Assembly (NCBI GenBank): GCA_030265395.1
Contig: JARFYF010000001.1
Coordinates: 100,682,778 to 100,742,983 of the forward strand
DNA from: Rhina ancylostomus
Taxonomy: Eukaryota
Direction: 5' to 3'
DNA: 60,206 nucleotides
Of this stretch, positions 1-12,713 are shown one piece after another. A model generated the notes under the pieces. It did no database searches, was not told the DNA's origin, and saw only the letters and a list, made by a program, of their open reading frames with translations. The position numbers and the translations under genes are program-made. Position 1 is the first letter of the stretch. The number at the start of each line of letters is the position of its first letter.

Positions 1-555
1 GGAATCCAAGCAAAGGGTCCACCATTCAAGACTGAGATGAGAAGAAACCTCTTCACTCCATAGTTAGTATCTTCAGAAAACTCTGCCAAACATGGCAGTG
101 GATGCTCATTTCCTGAATACAGGTTGTGCCCAGGCTATGAGTGCCTAATTTATGGACACCGCTACTTACAAACAAGCTCCCATAATATTATTAAATTCAA
201 AAGTATGACATACATCTGTTTATTCCAACAACTGGCAGAACAAGTTTCCTCTCTCTCTCCACTTTTAGTAATTATTCTTTATCAGTCTTGTGTGTTTTCA
301 GTGCCGTTCCTTAAAATATTGTGGGTACCATGTCAAGTGAATTTTGTGTCTTCCATTTGTGGACAGAATCAACTTAAGGATGTCTGTAAAAACAGAACCT
401 GTTCGTCATCTGGGACAGCCTGAGAGATCAATAGATTTGTGGATATTAAGAAAATCAAGTGGTATAGGGCTGGTTCATGGAAGTGTTGCTCAGGCAAAAG
501 ACCATTGATCGGTAGAGAAGGCATGAGAGGCTGAATGACTTATTCCTCCTTTCGT
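1..555 (+). mobile_element. CR1-clade LINE 3' end fragment, split by a DNA-transposon insertion (120-422)
   Basis: 'ccattcaagactgagatgagaagaaacctcttcactc' (typical CR1 ORF2 C-terminus, FKTEMRRNLFT) resumes after 422 with 'gagatcaatagattt...gaggctgaatgacttattcctcct', a CR1 3' UTR. Confidence 0.75.
120..422. mobile_element. Tigger/pogo-like (Tc1-mariner superfamily) non-autonomous MITE
   Basis: Left TA+CAGGTTGTGCCCAGGCTATGA; right end reverse-complements to CAGGCTGTCCCAGATGACGA (imperfect TIRs); AT-rich interior; interrupts a CR1. Confidence 0.65.
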
Positions 556-584
556 TTTTTTAAGTTGTTGTGTTCTCATTTTGG

Positions 585-1270
585 AGAGCTACAGAGCAGG
601 AAGATATTACAGAGTTAGAGAGTGGTGAGACTAGAGAAGAATTTAGAAACCAGAATGAGAAATTTAAAACTGAACCATTACTTAACTAGAAGCCAAACTA
701 GGTCAGCAAGCTCAGGGGTGACAGGTGAATGTGACTTGGTGAGAGTGCGGTCAGAGGCGGCAAGGTTTTGGATCAGCCTGAGTTGACATCTTCTTCTCAG
801 GCAATAGCTTGAGATCGAGGATGATTTCCTTCCACTCCAGTTCTATGGCTGATGATGGCAATATAGGGCCTGCAGACTCTGCCATAGATTGGGCAGAAGG
901 TGTTTGACAGAGTGGGCATGTTTGGGAGGTGGTGTACTGCATCTTTGTAACTCCAACACAGAGGCAATACCACTCCAAGTGCACCTTATCCACTTTGAGT
1001 AGTCATGGACCAGGGATTGGTGGGGATGTTGTAATTTTTCAAGTAGATTTTGAAAACATTCTTGATGCTGTTCTCCCAAACACCTAGAAATCTCTTGCAG
1101 TGACAGAGCTTGGATTAGAGCCTATTTCAGGAGTTTGCACATTCAAATGGCATAGATTGCACATTGGATCTAAGTAGTGTAATGAGGGCTTCAGTGGTGG
1201 GGAGTGTAGAATAAGAGAGTTTCGTCAAGAGCATGTTACATGACAAAGGTATGGATGAGGGTTTCAGCAT
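585..1270 (-). mobile_element. L2-clade LINE fragment interrupted by an RTE LINE
   Basis: 'aaccagaatgagaaatttaaaactga...ggtcagcaagctcaggggtg...ggttttggatcagcctgagtt' resumes at about 1240 with 'gacaaaggtatggatgagggtttcagca', resembling antisense L2 RT C-terminus. Confidence 0.55.
789..1205 (-). mobile_element. RTE-clade LINE 3' fragment (degenerate)
   Basis: Minus strand encodes TFCPIYGRVCRPYIAIISHR (RTE C-terminal zinc-finger-like motif) and SLVHDYSKW; ends in a (GAA)n-like tail 'gagaagaagat'. Confidence 0.7.
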
Positions 1271-3730
1271 TAACTTGTTCAGTGTATTCTAAAGCTTCAT
1301 CACTTTCTTGATCTCTTTCTCTCTCCCCTAAATATTTTTACATTTAATCTTAATCTCCCTTCCTTCCTGGCCTCTTTCTTACTCCAATTTCTATCCACAC
1401 TCCTATAATTTTATTATAAGGGATAAATCTTCCAAATTATACAATATGCTGGTCTATTTGAACACAGATGCCTTCATTTATTATTAGCTCAGACCAGGTG
1501 ATGTTCGCCACTGATCTCTTTTTATTGGCTCTNNNNNNNNNNNNNNNNNNNNNNNNNNNNNNNNNNNNNNNNNNNNNNNNNNNNNNNNNNNNNNNNNNNN
1601 NNNNNNNNNNNNNNNNNNNNNNNNNNNNNNNNNNNNNNNNNNNNNNNNNNNNNNNNNNNNNNNNNNNNNNNNNNNNNNNNNNNNNNNNNNNNNNNNNNNN
1701 NNNNNNNNNNNNNNNNNNNNNNNNNNNNNNNNNNNNNNNNNNNNNNNNNNNNTTTCTGCGTTCCACAGGGCCTGCAAATTGTTTTCTTTCAAATGTATAT
1801 CCAATGATCTACTTGAAGATTTAGCACCTTTAATGGGGAAGCTTCACACTTGTTTCCCTGTAATGGATAAAATTGCTATGAAGTTTTGAAATTAAATTTA
1901 ACTTTTTAAAGCAAAAAAAATATTTATCTGTTTAGCATCATGAACTATATTAAGTAGGATGTATTCTTGAGTATCTTAAATGAAACGATCTTGTTACATA
2001 TCAAATAGGATTCTTATGAAGATTATTTCATTTCACCACTCTTTGCGTCTCCACAAATATAAAAATGTCAAAATTATGTTCCAAAAGGTTATTTCTCACA
2101 TTCCACTCTCGATTTAAAGCTACAGTTGTAATTCAGTGGGAAAGCTTTATATTTAACTACAACCAATTAACTGCAGGTAAATTAAAAAAACAATTATAAA
2201 GTAAATGAGAACTCTGATAACTGTTGTTGCACATCTGCTTTCATTGATGTAGTTCACTGTAGTGTTTGCTTTGTAAATACTTACATTAAATCATTGTTGA
2301 TAACTTACAAGAGAAGTGCTCAAAATTCACAGCGAGACAGTGAAATTAATTATAACTATTGAAATCTGTAGCGATAATTCTTCAACATGTTGGAAGNNNN
2401 NNNNNNNNNNNNNNNNNNNNNNNNNNNNNNNNNNNNNNNNNNNNNNNNNNNNNNNNNNNNNNNNNNNNNNNNNNNNNNNNNNNNNNNNNNNNNNNNNNNN
2501 NNNNNNNNNNNNNNNNNNNNNNNNNNNNNNNNNNNNNNNNNNNNNNNNNNNNNNNNNNNNNNNNNNNNNNNNNNNNNNNNNNNNNNNNNNNNNNNNNNNN
2601 NNNNNNNNNNNNNNNNNNNNNNNNNNNNNNNNNNNNNNNNNNNNNNNNNNNNNNNNNNNNNNNNNNNNNNNNNNNNNNNNNNNNNNNNNNNNNNNNNNNN
2701 NNNNNNNNNNNNNNNNNNNNNNNNNNNNNNNNNNNNNNNNNNNNNNNNNNNNNNNNNNNNNNNNNNNNNNNNNNNNNNNNNNNNNNNNNNNNNNNNNNNN
2801 NNNNNNNNNNNNNNNNNNNNNNNNNNNNNNNNNNNNNNNNNNNNNNNNNNNNNNNNNNNNGCTGCAAAGTTGTATTGCGTCTTGATTTTGAGCACCACAC
2901 ATGTCATGCAGAGTCCAATATGGCATCCGATATGCATGTGCACATTTGTAGTCCTAATCTTCTTAGCCAGCATATTGTGAAGAATACTAATAATGGCAAT
3001 GATACCTCCTACCTGAGATGTACAAAGTGGATAGATCATGGCTCCAATCTGTATGCCATGTTTCAATGTCAGTACTGGAGATCAGTGATGTAGCTGTTGG
3101 CATGTGTTCATACACATAGAGGAGCAAGTGTTCAGCAAAAGGAAGGACTCTTGTGCAATTTAAAAGAATGATCTATTACTTGCAGTTTAGAACTGATTGT
3201 ATTCCACTGAACACTTTTTGATTCAGTCACATTTCAGCGTTTTTAGAATTCTCGGGGGTTTGTAAAGTTTACCCGGAGTGGTGTTTCAGCAGCTGATTGG
3301 TTTGTTTGGCTTCAAAGCTTCTGCGATAAGCGGAGGTCCCAGAAGTGTGTGTTTTACTCGCTACTACTCTGGGAGGACAGCATGATGATGAAGAGAAGAA
3401 GGTACACAGAGCAACACAAGCTGCTTGACCAGGGAGAAGAGTGAGAAAGACTTTCAGCAGGAAGCTGCATCCACCAAGAGTTTCTGGAGGCATTTCTCCT
3501 ACTTGCTCCCTTGTGAGAAACAAAGCCTGTCTTTCAACAATAATGTCTTCACTGACGTGCTCCGTGCGGTTGCAGACCCATGTGCTTTATTAACAGCTGT
3601 GAGATTGTGAAGTTCATGAACTTCTATGTCTTGGCCTCTCTCTGGGTTGGAGCAGGATCTGGAAATTTTAGCTATGAGGTAAAAGCAGATGGGTGGATCA
3701 AAAAAAATGAGGATTGTGGAAAATGGAACT

Positions 3731-3852
3731 AAAAGAAAATGCTGGAAATACTCAACAGCTCGCCTGTGAAGGGAGAAACAAATTTGGATCGATGACCTTT
3801 CATCAATTTGCCCTTCTGACAATTTCCAGCATTTTCTGCTTTAATTTTGGAT
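3731..3852. mobile_element. Short fold-back Penelope-terminus element
   Basis: Perfect 16-bp inverted repeat agaaaatgctggaaat (3734-3749) / atttccagcattttct (3822-3837); same terminus family as the PLE copies elsewhere in the window. Confidence 0.65.
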
Positions 3853-4200
3853 AATCTGAGGTTGTTCTCTTTGAAACAGAGGAGACTGGGAGACTGGTTG
3901 GAGGGGTGGAGATTTAATTGAGGTGGACAATTACAATAGAGCCCAAATAGTGTAAGTGGTTACCTGAGTTGTCATAAGACGGGATCTTAAGATCTAAAGC
4001 AGTTGGACGATGGAAGTGGAAACCCTCATCACACATGAAAAGTACTTGGCTGTATACTTGAAGAGCTGTGACCTGCAGGGCTCTGGGTAAAATACTGGAA
4101 AGTAAGATTAGGCTGGGGAGCTCTTCTTTTTGACCAGCACAGACATGATGGGTTGACTGACCTCCTTCTGTGTTGTAAATTTTCCATGGTTCTGTGTGAA
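3853..4200 (+). mobile_element. CR1-like LINE 3' fragment
   Basis: 'gttgttctctttgaaacagaggagactgggagac' (LFSLKQRRL) ... 'gacatgatgggttgactgacctccttctgtgttgtaaattttccatggttct' CR1 tail. Confidence 0.65.
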
Positions 4201-4751
4201 ATATCTGAAGCTTATCCCAGTTTATTGTGCACGATTGCTTCGGAGAAGTCACAGATGCTCCATTCTAAGTGGGTTGAATTCTCTCTGTAAGGCAGCGGCA
4301 GGTGAGCTTTAATTTTGCCAGGATCACAAATTACCTGAAGGCACACGTGCCATTGATTCATGTACTTTGCTTCGAAGGTACTACATAATATCTGCCTCAC
4401 TATCCAGCTGATGTTTGACTGTACACGATACGGCCCGCTAGTCAATTTTCTGTAACTAGGCAGCAATTATGATGCTGTTACTTTATATTAGTTTGCTATC
4501 CATTGATGCCAAAAGCCATCATTGGGTTTGTCACAGAAGTTCAAATATTAAAGTCCATCATTTGCCCTTGTGTCTCCTGAATCTGGTGGACAACCCATGC
4601 ACACATAGGTAACATATATACTGTACAACAAAATCCACATGACCACACAGTGATAGAGCAAACCAGATTCTGCTCCCTGTATGTCACTGGAAGAGCCCTG
4701 CTGTACTCACCAGAGCATGGTTGTGGTCTATTATCTGATGCTCAACTTCAA

Positions 4752-5005
4752 AATCATAGTCATTGAGAGATACAGCGCAGAGAAAGGCCATTCAGCCCAC
4801 TGTCCATTACCAATCATCAACGATCCATTTGCACTAATCCTACATTAATCCAATTTTTTGTTATTTTCCCCACATTCTCATCAACTTCCCATAGATTCTA
4901 CTACTCACCTTCACACTTGAAGCAATTTACAGTGGCTAATTAACCTACAAATCCAGTCATCTTTGGGATGTGGGAGGAAACTGGAGCACCTGGAGGAAAC
5001 CCATC
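4752..5005 (-). mobile_element. V-SINE/HE1-like SINE (5'-truncated) with CR1-type tail
   Basis: Antisense V-domain 'tctttgggatgtgggaggaaactggagcacctggaggaaaccca' and CR1-like tail 'tacagcgcagagaaaggccattcagcccac'. Confidence 0.75.
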
Positions 5006-5378
5006 TGGCTCTAGTAGCTCTGCTACTCTGCATGCATATCATTTAGGGCTCAGTTTATAACACCAGCTGAGTGGCAAGCAGGAGCAAGAGAATGAGGAGA
5101 CGAGGAGGTACCACCTATATATCATTTTTCTTTATGGCTTTTACATGAGTGAATAATCAAGCTGTATATAACATCTTTTTCAGGGAGGACCAGATTTAAA
5201 ATCCAAGCCATTTCTGAGGGCCATTCACAAGAAAGATGTATTTTAATTGTGCATAACCAAAAACCAACATTTTTCATCATATTGACATATCATCATCACC
5301 ATCATCATCATATTTTGCCATGACAAAAACGCCATGGTTTATGGCAACCTGTTTCTGCTGCCCGGCTGTGTCAGGAGG

Positions 5379-5392
5379 CCCTCAGATGGCAC
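5379..5392 (+). promoter_or_regulatory. CTCF-like core motif, next to an RFX X-box-like half site (5337-5348)
   Basis: CCCTCAGATGGCAC vs CCASYAGRKGGCRS (2 mismatches); GTTTATGGCAAC about 30 bp upstream. Confidence 0.35.
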
Positions 5393-6789
5393 TGTGAAAG
5401 CAAAGCATCTCTCATGCTCTGGTCCTCCACCAGTTCAATGTATGAAAATAGTGGGGCCTCCTTTCTCACTTTCAAGTTGGGTTTGGTCATAGATTGCCTG
5501 CCAGCGGTAACGTATACCTTCCATGTACAGGTTTACTTCAACTGGTCCAGACCTGTTTTACCTTGTGCTAGCTATCCACAAAATTATGCCCACTGCTGAG
5601 TTGATAACAGCACAGGTAACACAGACTTTGCTATGGTACACTCATCAGAATCAACCAGCAAGGTTTAATTACACATCATGTTCATTCTCACAGGCTATCC
5701 AATTTAGCTGCAGGAATTAAATTTGTAATCTTTCTGAAGTGCAATTTATCCATCTAATCCCAATACAAATTTACTGAGCTATTGGGCAAAGGTTTGGTAA
5801 TGTGCATTGAGACAAAGTAAGGAGGAGTACAGTCCACACATTCCATCTAATACTGGTCTTCCTGCGTGCATGTTGCATTTGTATCTTATTCACATATATA
5901 TTGTTACAGTTGTTCTCAACCATGTATAATAGTGCTTTTTATCACAAAAGAAAATAATAGATTCTTTGCAACTTTTTTTTACACCAGAAGCAGACTGTAG
6001 ATTGCTTTTGCTTTGAGTTGACAATGAATTGAACTAATTTTTCACAGTTGTTTGATGCACAGATATCCGTGTTAGTTGTAGATGCAGAAGGGATGCAAAT
6101 TTATAGAAATTGCAAAAGTATATTAAAGTACTCATTTTTGGAATTATGGCCAAATTAACATTCATTATCTTTTTTATGATATTTCATGGCAAACTTCATT
6201 TTTGTTAGTGCTATAGATTGCAGATTGGAAAAAAAAACAAATCTTAATTTCTGGAGTCTTATAAAAAAATTGGCATGAACAATTAATTTGCTGAGTACAA
6301 ATATTTGAATTTAATTTTGAATAATAAAATTAATTCCATTCATGCAGGTAATAGCAATAACAGATATTGTTCTGATTGTCAGCATTGTATTAAAAACCAG
6401 TTGTCCCGTTAGTGATATTCTGACCCTGAATGCACAATCACCTATAATGCAAAATTCATATATTTAAAGTACAGCAGTGTCTTTTCATATGTAGACATGT
6501 TGTATCATAGCAACGTAAATGATGGCCTAGGTGCTGGTGATAACAAATGCCCTAGACACCAATGTGAACGTGTTTGTGCCATTTGGAGCACTGTCTATCA
6601 GTACAACTTGCAATATACGGTTCTTTCCTTGTAAATGTCTCATATTCCCTGTTGTCCCAAATGCTGCCTTTTCAATTTCAGCTTACTTTACACTCTTTCT
6701 CCATCACTCCACCATTTTAATGCCAGCTCTTAATAGGAACAATAACATCTTTTTCTTAAAAGTTAAAATGATGGGAATACATTGAGACC

Positions 6790-7150
6790 ATTTATGGAGC
6801 ATTAGAGGTCTGATGTGTGAGGAATGACTGGAAAAGTTTGGTTTTCAGCACGGAGCAGATTTAACTGGTGTTCTGACCATGAAGAGAAGTGTGAAAGATT
6901 GTAAGCCTTGTAGGCCACAAAGGCTGCGTGCTATGATAGCAGTATAATAAGGCAGAGTTTTTAAAAATGAACTGCGTACAAAAGATCTAAATCAGCATGA
7001 TTTCAAAAAAAAAGGACATTAGTTGGCAGAGAAATAGTGAAAGGACTGAAATTAAGAAATTCCTCACAAAATTCAGACTCAAGGACTTAGAATAATGTAG
7101 TGCAGGCAAAAATGTTTAGAAAGGTTTTAGAAACAATTGAAGGCTAAAAT
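6790..7150 (+). mobile_element. Highly decayed CR1 3' ORF2 fragment
   Basis: 'gaggaatgactggaaaagtttggttttcagcacggagcaga' and 'gaaattaagaaattcctcacaaaa' resemble the CR1 ORF2 C-terminus. Confidence 0.4.
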
Positions 7151-7449
7151 TGAAGTATATTTTCAATTCACAGTTGGGAGAGATTCATCGATAAATACAC
7201 ATAATATTAGAAATATGCCAATCAAAATATCAAACTTTATTTAACAGTCAAGCATGAAGGCTTTGAACTGTGACTTAGGAGGAAAAACTACAAATATTCA
7301 CCTTGATGGGAAATGTAAATATCTTTAATGAATTGTAAAATATAACCCGCATCTACCAAAATCATAACCTTTTTGTAAGCATTTGTGAAATTGAACCTTT
7401 GACAAAGTTTTTCCCTTTGAAAATATTACACTGCTATTAATGGAATGTA

Positions 7450-7540
7450 AATATATTATTTTTATATTTATTTATATTTATATATGTGTATGTGTGTGTA
7501 TATGTATGTATGTACTTATATATATATATAATTTATATAT
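7450..7540. repeat. (TA)n/(TG)n compound microsatellite / low complexity
   Basis: tatatttatatatgtgtatgtgtgtgtatatgtatgtatgtacttatatatatatata. Confidence 0.9.
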
Positions 7541-8239
7541 GAGTTATATCTCTGGTCTGATATTCAGTACATTCTTGCCAGTGGTAATAAACAGAAGCCT
7601 TGATAATTTCTGCATTCATTTTGCCTATCTTTTTCACCACAGGTAAGATAAAAAATTCCCAGAAGGAAGCAAAGATCATCTTATTTAACTGAATAACATA
7701 ATAAAGACAGGTTTACTTTCCTGCATCAGAAACTTAACGTGATCTCTTTAGTAAATCTGCTTCCAAAAAATTAACAAAATATTTAAACACATCTGCTTTT
7801 TATTTTGTTATTTTTTTATATGATTTCAAATGGCAGCACACAGGCTTTGATCTGATTTTAGTAAAGATCTTGTCAACCCTTTGCTTCCAACATTCTTTTT
7901 TGAAAAGTGGCATTACCCAACTAATGCTGTTTTTCGAAATCATGCTGATTTAGATCTTTCATACTCTGTTCATTTTTTTAAGGAAAATCTGATTTGTGTT
8001 CATGTAATTGTTGTTAAATTCTGTCTTTACAATGAAGGACTGAATTCAGTTGTAAAACTTCAACCTTTAATCAAGTTTGCCAGGGTGTCAAATAAGTAGA
8101 TAATGTGCATCCCTATAGTCATGGTGGTACCTGCTTTGTTCCTGCTGCTGGAGGTCTGCCTGTATCCACTATTCACCCTGGATCACGGGTGTGTTCATAC
8201 CATCCAGTGTCTCTCCAGTCATCCTTCTTGTTGCATCCT

Positions 8240-9450
8240 GACAACCACACTAAATGTCATGCTCTTGACCTCCGTCTGAAACTACATGGGCTCACTCTTT
8301 CTCAAAGCTCTCTTGGCCTATGGTTTCATTTTATTCTTTGCTGCATTAGGTGTGGCAACAGAAGACTTCTTCCTTTCAAGTGTCAAAAATTGTAGTCTTC
8401 AATAAATTTGAACTTCAAGCCCCATCTAATTTTTCTCCACTTCTTTCAGCTGACTGCATCTCTTAATCCTGTTTTACCCCTGCCATGTTTTCACCATCCT
8501 TTCCAATCTTCCTCCCTCTGATCCCAAACTATCAGTCCTCAGCAGAGGCCTCATCACCCTACCTCCCCGACTTAATGAATTCCAATCCTGACATGTCATC
8601 GAATTCTTCCTCCGTTGCCTCCGCGTTTGTGCTCCGTCCTTTGGTAGGAGCTTTTGTTCCCTTTCTCCCATCTCCAGAATTGCCAATCTACCTTGATTCC
8701 TCCCTTGGCCTCTTATTCTCTTTGCATCTGTTTATTGCTCATCATCTCAACCACCTTGATTATTCCATTGCACTCATGCACTCTTTTTGGCCTCCTTCTG
8801 AACATGCAGCATTCCGTTCACTACGAACCAACCGTGATATCATCATCAAACCTGCTGACAAGAAAGGTGTTGTTGTGGTCTGGTGTACTGACCTCTATCT
8901 GACGGAGGCCAAACATCAGCTCTGTGACACATCCTCATACTTCTCTCTGGACCGTGACCCACTTTGCCCTCTTCTACCTCCTGCCTCAGATCCATTGTGC
9001 CTCTATACTTTATCCTACACCAGGATGGTCTGAAAGCCCTCTTCATGTCCCTCACAGCCCTCTTCTACCTCCTGCCCCAGATCCATCATCCCTCTACACT
9101 TTGTCCTACACTAGAATAGTCTGAAAGCACTTTGTATCTTTCTCGAACAGAGGTCCAACCAATTTCTCGCCAACAATACACTCATTTGCCTGACTGAACT
9201 CCCCTCATTTTCTATGGATCAAAGGTAGAGTTATGGACACAAAATGGGTCCGCCCTATGCCTGTCTTTGTAGGCGACACAATATTCTTTGTTTCAGTCCA
9301 TTCAGAACCCCTCCTTTTCCCTGTAAGCAGTTCTGATGAGTTTTTTTTTCCTGAAACATAACTTTGTTTCTCTATCCATAGATGTGGCCTGACCTGCTTG
9401 GTGTTTTTCATTTTTTTAATGTTTTTATTTTCAGCATTTGCTGTTTTTTA
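8240..9450 (+). mobile_element. Penelope-like retroelement (PLE) relic: RT fragments plus terminal repeat
   Basis: ORF 8485-9033 contains RSLRTNRDIIIKPADKKGVVVVWCTDLYLTEA (PLE 'IKPADKG' motif); about 9205-9275 gives FLWIKGRVMDTK (decayed QxxGxxMG); terminus 'cagttctgatga...gaaacataact...gcctgacctgc' at 9328-9450. Confidence 0.85.
8966..9128 (+). repeat. Tandem duplication (about 91-bp period) inside the PLE relic
   Basis: gccctcttctacctcctgcc(t/c)cagatccat...cctctayacttt.tcctacac.ag.at.gtctgaaagc at 8966 and 9057. Confidence 0.85.
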
Positions 9451-10309
9451 AAAAAAATTTTGTTCACTATTCATTTTTGGCATTGAATCATCCAGTATCT
9501 ACAATTCATGCCAGTTTTTTCACCCATGAATTTGCTATCTGTGAGATTTCAACAGTAATATCACTTACCTGACTGAAGTTGTGTGTTGTTACATGAGCCC
9601 CTGCCAAAGAAAATCACTTTGGAAAATGGCAGAATGTGAAAGGAAAGAAATTACCAACAAATTAAAAAATCTTTTTGAAACTAATCAATGGGTGCTTAAG
9701 TACTGGTTGCAAGTTATTTTTTACAATTTTCATAAAGTGATTTAACCAAAAATGTTCTAATAACCAAGAAGCTCCAAACAAATAGTTCTGGGGCTCAGTT
9801 AATCTTAGTATTACAAATCAGAAACTGCATAGCAGGATTCAATTTAGTTTACATTTGACTGATGTAGGCGTGAATGTTGGTTTTAAATTAGACAAGAGAT
9901 AGTAAAGGATGAGTACTAAATGTCTAGAAACTAAATTGCATAACACCCATTATTTATGTACAAATTATGCATGAATTGAGCTGGCCCACAGGAAGATCAC
10001 TCAAGTGACCATTGCCAAAAAAAAATGATCATTGAGAAAATGGAGCAGGCATTTTGAGCACTATTCACATTAGCTCATCTGCCATTTTATCTGTCAGGCA
10101 TGTACCTAATAGCATCACTTTTTGCACTACATGTAAATGCATCTATGCCAACATAAATTAGAGTTCAAAGGTGGAAACTATAATGGTTATGCAACAGTCT
10201 CAGTAAAACTATTAGTACATCATGCAAATTTATTGCTTGTTTCAACATTTAAACAAACACGCTGCTGATATTGGGAGACCTGACTGGACAGCCTAAAGNN
10301 NNNNNNNNA

Positions 10310-11866
10310 AGACTCTCTTTAGATTGCTGACACACCCTCAAGTCTATAGACTGTGCCACAGCACAATTTTTCCAGCAATTAGCTGCTGATACACTCCTTC
10401 AATGGATTTCTCAGTGGTGATACCACAGGCAGCACTCCAGTGCTGGAGGCTGCATAATGGCTACTGCTGCCAGTTCAGGGTGGTGCTGTGAACCTCTAGG
10501 CAGGAGGCAAAAGCATGCCTGTCAGTGAAGACTCTACTCCTATAGAGTCTTCAGAGATATCAGATCCTATCTTGACTTCTCTGATGAACATTACATGTGT
10601 GCACTCAGATTTTCCAAGGCTGTCATCACTGATATGTGACATTCAGCTGTGTTCTTGTGCCTAGACTTGGTAACGCTGATTCCCATATCTTTTCCATAGA
10701 TATTACCAAAGGGCTCATCTTCCCAGAAGAGATTCCAGTAATAATCCAGATCTGACTCTCAACAGAAGCGTTTCCTCACTCTAAACATATTGGAGCTTGT
10801 GGATCATCAAAGGCTTTCCTGGCGGTAAATCCCTTGAATCCTGGAACAACACATGATGGATTCGTGCTCAGGGAGACCAAGCTGCTGGATATTTTCCACA
10901 GCCAGTACTGCCCAGTAAGTTTGAGAGGTCCAGCCACTAGTTCGCTGTCTTGCCGTAGTCGCTGAGTGCTGGTACAACAAGAGCACACAGGTACAAGAAC
11001 TGTAGTGGAAAATGCTATTGGTCAGTCCAGAAGATGGAATTCTGACGCAGCTGCTGGTGCCAGAAGAGGAGCAGCAAGGAGACCTGGGGGCCAGAAGGTG
11101 CAGGCTAGATAGGCAGAAAACAAAGGCATTCAGGGAGATGTCCTGGAAGAGCAGAGGGTGTGGGCACTGACTGCACAGGTAATCATGGACTTGCTGATGG
11201 ATACTTTGCATAAGAAGCCTGCAAAATCATAGTCCCCAATCCAGACAAAGTGACCCTCTCCGCATTTCAGCCCTTAACACCAGCATGGTTCATCAGTAAT
11301 CAGCAAAGACAGCTCAGGCATTGCATACAGTAATCCTTTGCAAGACCACGTGCCCTCATTAATGAATGAATCAATGCTCTATTTACTGAAATGGCTAACT
11401 AGAAGAGATTTCAGTGGTTTGCAGTTCACCAAGATGTACATTGCTAAGGACTGGATATTTATTTCTGCATTGCTTGAAGGTGTGGGCATCCTCTCAGCTC
11501 GAGACGACAACAGAAGCCACCCCCTGCCAAGCTCCTCCTGTGGTGTTCCCAGTGGGCCTCTTGTCCCCACAACCCCCCCGCCCCCAGAAAACAGGACTGC
11601 TTCCTGGCATTTCTCTCAATGATGAGAATGCCCAAGTCTCTTTCATTAAATCTGAGACCTCATTCCCTCTCCCCTGTAGCCTCCCTCTCCTCCGTGGAAC
11701 AATAATGGTGTTGATGTCTGGTTGCCATGGGGAGTGTAGCTCTAAAGGCTGATGGCCTTCTCAGATTGGTGAACAGCAATATGTTGCATTCTGTGTTTAA
11801 TGAGTGTGGTCCCATCAGGAACTGTGCAAGTCTCATGTTGCACATGTATCTGGTTGTCAACCACCC
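10310..11866. mobile_element. Possible decayed PIF/Harbinger-type DNA transposon
   Basis: GC-richer, coding-like island between gaps. Plus strand has acidic/coiled-coil-like pieces (REMSWKSR/DVLEEQRV). Minus strand 11700-11790 gives EKAISL..SYTP..NTIIV, weakly like the Harbinger transposase C-terminus. Confidence 0.3.
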
Positions 11867-12584
11867 NNNNNNNNNNNNNNNNNNNNNNNNNNNNNNNNNN
11901 NNNNNNNNNNNNNNNNNNNNNNNNNNNNNNNNNNNNNNNNNNNNNNNNNNNNNNNNNNNNNNNNNNNNNNNNNNNNNNNNNNNNNNNNNNNNNNNNNNNN
12001 NNNNNNNNNNNNNNNNNNNNNNNNNNNNNNNNNNNNNNNNNNNNNNNNNNNNNNNNCATGAGCTGCTTACCTGTAATACAAATAGGTTGATACAGCTTCT
12101 GCTTATTGATGCTGCTCAATGAGCCACAACTGTTGAGGTGCATTGAAAATTTTGGAACAAAAGTTAAATGCAAATGTGGCAGTGGGTTTAAAAAATCAGT
12201 TGAATTTAGTACAACTTGAAAATAAAAGTTTAAGGTGCCATCACCTTTAATACTTAATATTATATACTTCCTTCACTGTTATTCTCCAAAACTTTAAACA
12301 TTTTGTGTCCTATTTTGATGCTCATGGTTATTAAGAGTTAATCATAACTCTCATCAAATCAGTTAGACAATCAATAACTTAGACAGTGGTGGTTGCAGGC
12401 ATCTCAAGGTGTCTGAGTAAACCAGTTTCTTCTTCTCAGCTGGTCAAAGACATCAAACAATGAGTAAATTTTTTGGTACATAGTTTTAAGTGGATCAGCC
12501 AGAACAACAGTTCTTGGAGTAACAAATGAGTAGCATTTAATATTGCAATAGGACCTCCACATCTGATATGGCTTATGAATCAGA

Positions 12585-12713
12585 CTTATTGATGAAAGTT
12601 CATCAACCCAAAGCATGAGCTCTGTTTTTCTTTCCACGGATGCTGCCTGACCTGCTGAGTGCTTGCATCATTTTCATATTTTGATTTTCAGCATCCACAG
12701 TATTTTGGTTTTG
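12585..12713 (+). mobile_element. Solo PLE terminal repeat
   Basis: 'ttgatgaaagttcatcaacccaaagc...ttccacggatgctgcctgacctgctgagt...cagcatccacagtatttt'. Confidence 0.75.

Noticed and set aside
1437-3093. Long ORFs spanning N-runs (also 11727-12173, 32601-33161, 35877-36987 and others)
   Set aside because: Artefacts of translating assembly gaps as X
3270-3610. Purine-rich, coding-looking stretch (MMMKRRRYTEQHKLLDQGEE; ORF 3425-3610)
   Set aside because: Short frames with stops, no convincing splice pair, no recognisable homology
7440-7646. Hydrophobic 68-aa ORF
   Set aside because: Translation of a TA/TG microsatellite
8485-9033. 182-aa ORF as a host gene
   Set aside because: Chimeric reading of a decayed Penelope RT
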